A stretch of DNA of 64,000 nt, from assembly GCA_903830625.1 (NCBI GenBank), contig CAIKUK010000015.1, positions 37 through 64,036 of the forward strand, read 5' to 3'. The position numbers were made by a program, and so were the translations under genes. Below, one piece after another: positions 60,812 to 64,000 of the stretch. This DNA is from Candidatus Yanofskybacteria bacterium. GTDB taxonomy: Bacteria > Patescibacteriota > Minisyncoccia > 2-02-FULL-40-12 > GWA2-44-9. Position 1 is the stretch's first letter, and every line of letters starts with the position of its first letter. The notes beneath the pieces are model-generated. The model had not been told where the DNA came from and searched no databases. It saw only the letters and a list, made by a program, of their open reading frames with translations.

Positions 60812-61513
60812 TCATTTGGCGGTTCTTAAGTAAAGTTGCTCTCCGATTGAAAAGGTGGTTGTGGTTATCCAGTATAGTATCAGACCCGCCTGAATATTCC
60901 AACCGATAATCACAATCATGATTGGGAAGAAATAAAGCATCTGAGTATTCAAAGCGGCCATCTGAGGGTTAGCGCCGCCGGCTTTCATGTAGGCCATACT
61001 CTGTTTAGCTTGAATAAATTGCAAAACACCGGCCAAAATAGCCAGAATAATATTCCGACCGGAAATACTAATCAAGCCCAGGAATAGGGGGTTGATAGAA
61101 CCCGGGTTTTGGACAAACGGATACAACATCCCCAAGCTTTGTGGATTTAGGCCAGCGATAAAAACCTGATAGAGCGCTATGAGAATGGGGAGCTGAATCA
61201 ATAAAGGCAAACAACCAGCCAAAGGATTGACGTTGTGTTCTTTGTAGAGTTGCATCATCGCCGCGCCTTGAGCAGCTTGGTCGTGTTTGTGTTTCTCTTT
61301 AATAGCCTGGATGTGAGGATTGATGGCATTTAAAGCCCGCTGGGAACGCTGGGCTTTTATCGAAAGAGGTAAGAAGATAAAACGAATAACAATGGTCAGA
61401 GCGATAATGCCCAGGCCCAAGTCATGATTGGGCATAAAATTAGAAAGAAAAATCAGCGCATTAAAGAGTGGGATATAGATAACAATTTTAAAAAATGAAA
61501 ATATGGAACTCAT
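60812..61513 (-). CDS. yidC: Membrane protein insertase YidC (short form)
   Basis: 233 aa with 5 TM segments. Conserved LYKEHNVNPLAGCLPLLIQLPI region. Confidence 0.8.
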   Translation of the reverse strand: MSSIFSFFKIVIYIPLFNALIFLSNFMPNHDLGLGIIALTIVIRFIFLPLSIKAQRSQRALNAINPHIQAIKEKHKHDQAAQGAAMMQLYKEHNVNPLAGCLPLLIQLPILIALYQVFIAGLNPQSLGMLYPFVQNPGSINPLFLGLISISGRNIILAILAGVLQFIQAKQSMAYMKAGGANPQMAALNTQMLYFFPIMIVIIGWNIQAGLILYWITTTTFSIGEQLYLRTAK

Positions 61514-61740
61514 GATGGATAATCAACACCTCCCGAAGTTAACGGATTACAGCGTATGATGCGACCCAAAGCTTTCCAGGAACCCCTAATGGCGCCGTGT
61601 TTGTGGACAGCTATTTCGGCATATTCGGAACAGGAGGGATAAAACTTACAGGGCGTATAGACCAGGCCTGGCACTTGAGCCAAACGAAGCCATGATGCCA
61701 CTTGGCGATAAAAGCGAATAAAAAATAGGATAGGATTCAT
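61510..61740 (-). CDS. yidD: Membrane protein insertion efficiency factor YidD
   Basis: Start at MNPILFFIRFYRQ. CKFYPSCSEYA motif. The track ORF has an unsupported N-terminal extension that overlaps rnpA. Confidence 0.75.
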   Translation of the reverse strand: MNPILFFIRFYRQVASWLRLAQVPGLVYTPCKFYPSCSEYAEIAVHKHGAIRGSWKALGRIIRCNPLTSGGVDYPS

Positions 61741-62075
61741 ATAAATTTGGCTTGACGCAAGACAGCCACAAAATCGTCCCGAATAACTGATGTTTCCGTC
61801 GGGATTTTCTTCGTGACCACTACTACGGTATCGCATGATGGCATATTGGGCAAGCGTTCGGGCCAAACAACATCGGCCAGGAGCCGCCGAACCTTGTTTC
61901 GGAGTACCGCTTTCGGGGCAAACTTGGCCGCGACAATAAAACCGAAGCGCGGATAACCCAGAGAAGACGATAGAAACTTCATGAATAAAAAGGTGCCATT
62001 TAAAGCCTTTCCTTTTTTGAAAACTAAATCAAACTCCTTCTTTTTTTTGAGACGATTCTTGGTAGGGAGAGCCAT
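61737..62075 (-). CDS. rnpA: Ribonuclease P protein component
   Basis: ALPTKNRLKKKKEFDLVFKKGK...RNKVRRLL, typical RnpA. The start is taken at the second Met. Confidence 0.75.
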   Translation of the reverse strand: MALPTKNRLKKKKEFDLVFKKGKALNGTFLFMKFLSSSLGYPRFGFIVAAKFAPKAVLRNKVRRLLADVVWPERLPNMPSCDTVVVVTKKIPTETSVIRDDFVAVLRQAKFI

Positions 62076-62119
62076 GCGATTATAGCCCACGAGTGAAACG
62101 AGTGGCTGCTATAATCAGC

Positions 62120-62156
62120 ACCCGCCTAAGTTTTGCTTCGCAAAATTTAGGCGGGT
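62120..62156. repeat. Palindromic hairpin repeat, family A, copy 4 (ACCCGCCTAAGTTTTG-cttcg-CAAAATTTAGGCGGGT)
   Basis: Lies between rpmH and rnpA. Confidence 0.8.
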
Positions 62157-62195
62157 AAATATTTGCAACCAATCGCTTTGCTCTTGGGCAACTAT

Positions 62196-62342
62196 TTAGA
62201 CAGTCAAACTTTTGCGACCCTTGCGGCGTCGGCGGGCCAGGACAGTTCGACCATTCTTGGTGTGCATGCGGGACAAAAAACCATGTTTTCTTTTGCGCTT
62301 TGCTTTTTTAGGTTTATAGGTGAGAGCGATGGACTTGGACAT
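62196..62342 (-). CDS. rpmH: 50S ribosomal protein L34
   Basis: Not in the ORF track because it is under 60 aa. The minus-strand translation [48 protein letters not shown] matches L34. Confidence 0.8.
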   Translation of the reverse strand: MSKSIALTYKPKKAKRKRKHGFLSRMHTKNGRTVLARRRRKGRKSLTV

Positions 62343-62626
62343 AGATAAGCTTATTTAGTTTATTCCAGTATAGCTAAAAAATGGCCCCGGGTCAATTTTA
62401 CCACTGAATCTTTGTGATTAAAAAATAAGTTTGACAATAAAACAAACAACAATACCTTGCTCACAGCACTTCAATGGCATGGTCAATATTTACTATTTTT
62501 TTACACTTGCTATACCCAAAGGAGTGGATTTGATAACTGCGACGACTTATGAACACCATATCCACTGTTCAACGTTTCATAAAAATTTTATTCAGTATAA
62601 TGAACCTGTAATTATCCCACCAATCA
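62343..62626. promoter_or_regulatory. Candidate oriC / dnaA promoter region
   Basis: AT-rich 284-bp region between rpmH and dnaA with DnaA-box-like 9-mers (TTATCCCAC, ATATCCACT, and GTGGATTTG on the opposite strand). Confidence 0.5.
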
Positions 62627-64000
62627 ATGACGAACGAAGAATTATGGAAGGCGGTACTTGGTGAAATGGAGCTCTCTCTGACTCGGGCGAACTTTATTAC
62701 CTGGTTCAAAAACACCACTATCGTCGCCCGAGACCATAGTTCTATTGTCGTTAGTGTTCCCAATGGATTTATCAAAGAATGGCTCGAAAACAAGTTCAAT
62801 AAGAAAATTCTTCAATCTATCCGGGGTCTGACACCGGAGATCAGAGAGGTAAAATACTCCATCGGCAAACCCAAAGCGGAATTGGTACGGCAGGATATAT
62901 CGCGGATTATCCTCGAAAAAGAGCTGGAAGAGAAAACAAATGTTGTCCAAACTGATACTGATGTCGACAATCTCACCAACCTTAACAAGCGCTATTCTTT
63001 TGATTCGTTTGTGGCCGGCTCCAGTAACGATATGGCCCATGCCGCTTGTTTAGCCGTCACTAAAAACTTGGGGAAGGTTTACAACCCACTTTTTATCTAC
63101 GGTAATGTCGGCTTAGGTAAGACCCACTTGATCCAGGCGGTAGGGAATCGGGTCGCAGAAAACAAAGAACGAAAAGTTTTATACCTCCAAGCCGAACGCT
63201 TTGCGGCCCAAATCGTCGAAGCGATTATGAATCGAACTATTGAGGACTTGAAAGGGCAGTACGCCCGGCTCGACCTCCTTATTCTTGACGATGTTCAGTT
63301 TATTGCCGGCAAAGTAAAGGCCCAAGAAATTGTTTTTTCCACTTTTAATGAACTCTATGGAAAGAATAAGCAAATCATTTTATCGTCGGACCGGCCACCG
63401 GCGGCTATTCCAACTTTAGAAGAACGCCTCCGATCACGCTTTGAAGGCGGGATGATTGCTGATGTCGGCGTGCCCGACCTGGAGACTCGTTTAGCCATCT
63501 TGAAACAGAAGCTGATTGGTAAAAATGTAGATTTAAATGAAGAAATACTTTCTTATATCGCCACCCATATGCAGAAAAATATTCGCGAATTGGAAGGCGC
63601 TCTTAACCGAGTGGTAGCTTTCACTCAGATCTACAACAAGGTGCCGGAAATTAAAGAAGTCAAAAATATTCTCAACACTTACCTCAGTACGCCATACCGA
63701 AAAACTTCACCTCAAGTTATACTGAAGGCGGTGGCTGATTTTTATAACATTTCCGCCGCTGACCTTATTAAAAGGAGCCGTAAAAAAGAAGTGGTTCGAC
63801 CCAGACAGGTGGCCATGTTCTTATTGCGCGATGAAACAAAGCTTTCATTTCCCGAGATTGGCCAAAAACTTGGCGGCAGAGATCACTCCACAGTTATTCA
63901 TGCTTGTGAAAAAATAAGAAACGAATCAACAATTGATGAGCCTCTTAAACAAGAACTGACTTTAATCAAAGAACGTGTGTATAACTCTTTTGATAAGTAG
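62627..64000 (+). CDS. dnaA: Chromosomal replication initiator protein DnaA
   Basis: 457 aa. AAA+ Walker A GNVGLGKTHL and a C-terminal DnaA-box-binding HTH (DHSTVIHACEKI). The stop codon is the last triplet of the window. Confidence 0.9.
   Translation: MTNEELWKAVLGEMELSLTRANFITWFKNTTIVARDHSSIVVSVPNGFIKEWLENKFNKKILQSIRGLTPEIREVKYSIGKPKAELVRQDISRIILEKELEEKTNVVQTDTDVDNLTNLNKRYSFDSFVAGSSNDMAHAACLAVTKNLGKVYNPLFIYGNVGLGKTHLIQAVGNRVAENKERKVLYLQAERFAAQIVEAIMNRTIEDLKGQYARLDLLILDDVQFIAGKVKAQEIVFSTFNELYGKNKQIILSSDRPPAAIPTLEERLRSRFEGGMIADVGVPDLETRLAILKQKLIGKNVDLNEEILSYIATHMQKNIRELEGALNRVVAFTQIYNKVPEIKEVKNILNTYLSTPYRKTSPQVILKAVADFYNISAADLIKRSRKKEVVRPRQVAMFLLRDETKLSFPEIGQKLGGRDHSTVIHACEKIRNESTIDEPLKQELTLIKERVYNSFDK

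Overview
This 64 kb window reads like an origin-proximal chromosome segment from a reduced-genome, low-GC bacterium of the CPR/Patescibacteria type. Genes are densely packed with many overlapping start/stop junctions, IF-2 is short, and the rpmH-rnpA-yidD-yidC-jag genes sit opposite dnaA across an AT-rich intergenic region that carries DnaA-box-like 9-mers. The coding content falls into three groups:

- **Housekeeping:** holA, mutM, polA, tsaE, pnp, rpsO, infB, murI, ligA, gatCA, uppS, cca, dut, nadK, pcrA/uvrD, rsmA, xerC/D.
- **Type IV pilus and competence:** a complete pilus locus (pilM-N-O, pilB-T-C, a pilin, pilD and three or four pseudopilins) lies divergent from comFC, with comM also in the window.
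- **Conjugation-like type IV secretion block (49.4-59.8 kb):** several secreted proteins, a VirB6/TrbL-like polytopic protein, a PrgI/VirB3-like protein and a VirB4 ATPase split into two ORFs by a ~90 bp duplicated segment.

There are seven tRNA genes. Three of them are immediately flanked by free-standing LAGLIDADG homing-endonuclease genes. One class-II Ser-like tRNA appears to carry an ACT anticodon.

The non-coding DNA is unusually structured:
- A 37-68 nt palindromic hairpin repeat (ACCCGCCTAAgTTTT...AAAAtTTAGGCGGGT) occurs four times.
- A second element family with ~20 bp terminal inverted repeats (CCGGGTAGTGAAAgTTCGAC / GTCGAAtTTCTACTAtCCCGG) occurs three times.
- Dense arrays of GGTGACA/TGTCACC heptamers sit in two promoter regions.
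- An AAGGATTAGTAATTaGTAGT motif is shared between the pilus and secretion-system operon leaders.

A ~1.2 kb high-GC island encodes two secreted/membrane proteins, and a small high-GC gene sits next to a membrane protein with an HEPN-like motif. All calls come from reading the sequence and ORF translations by eye. No searches were run, and hand-counted coordinates may be off by 1-2 nt.
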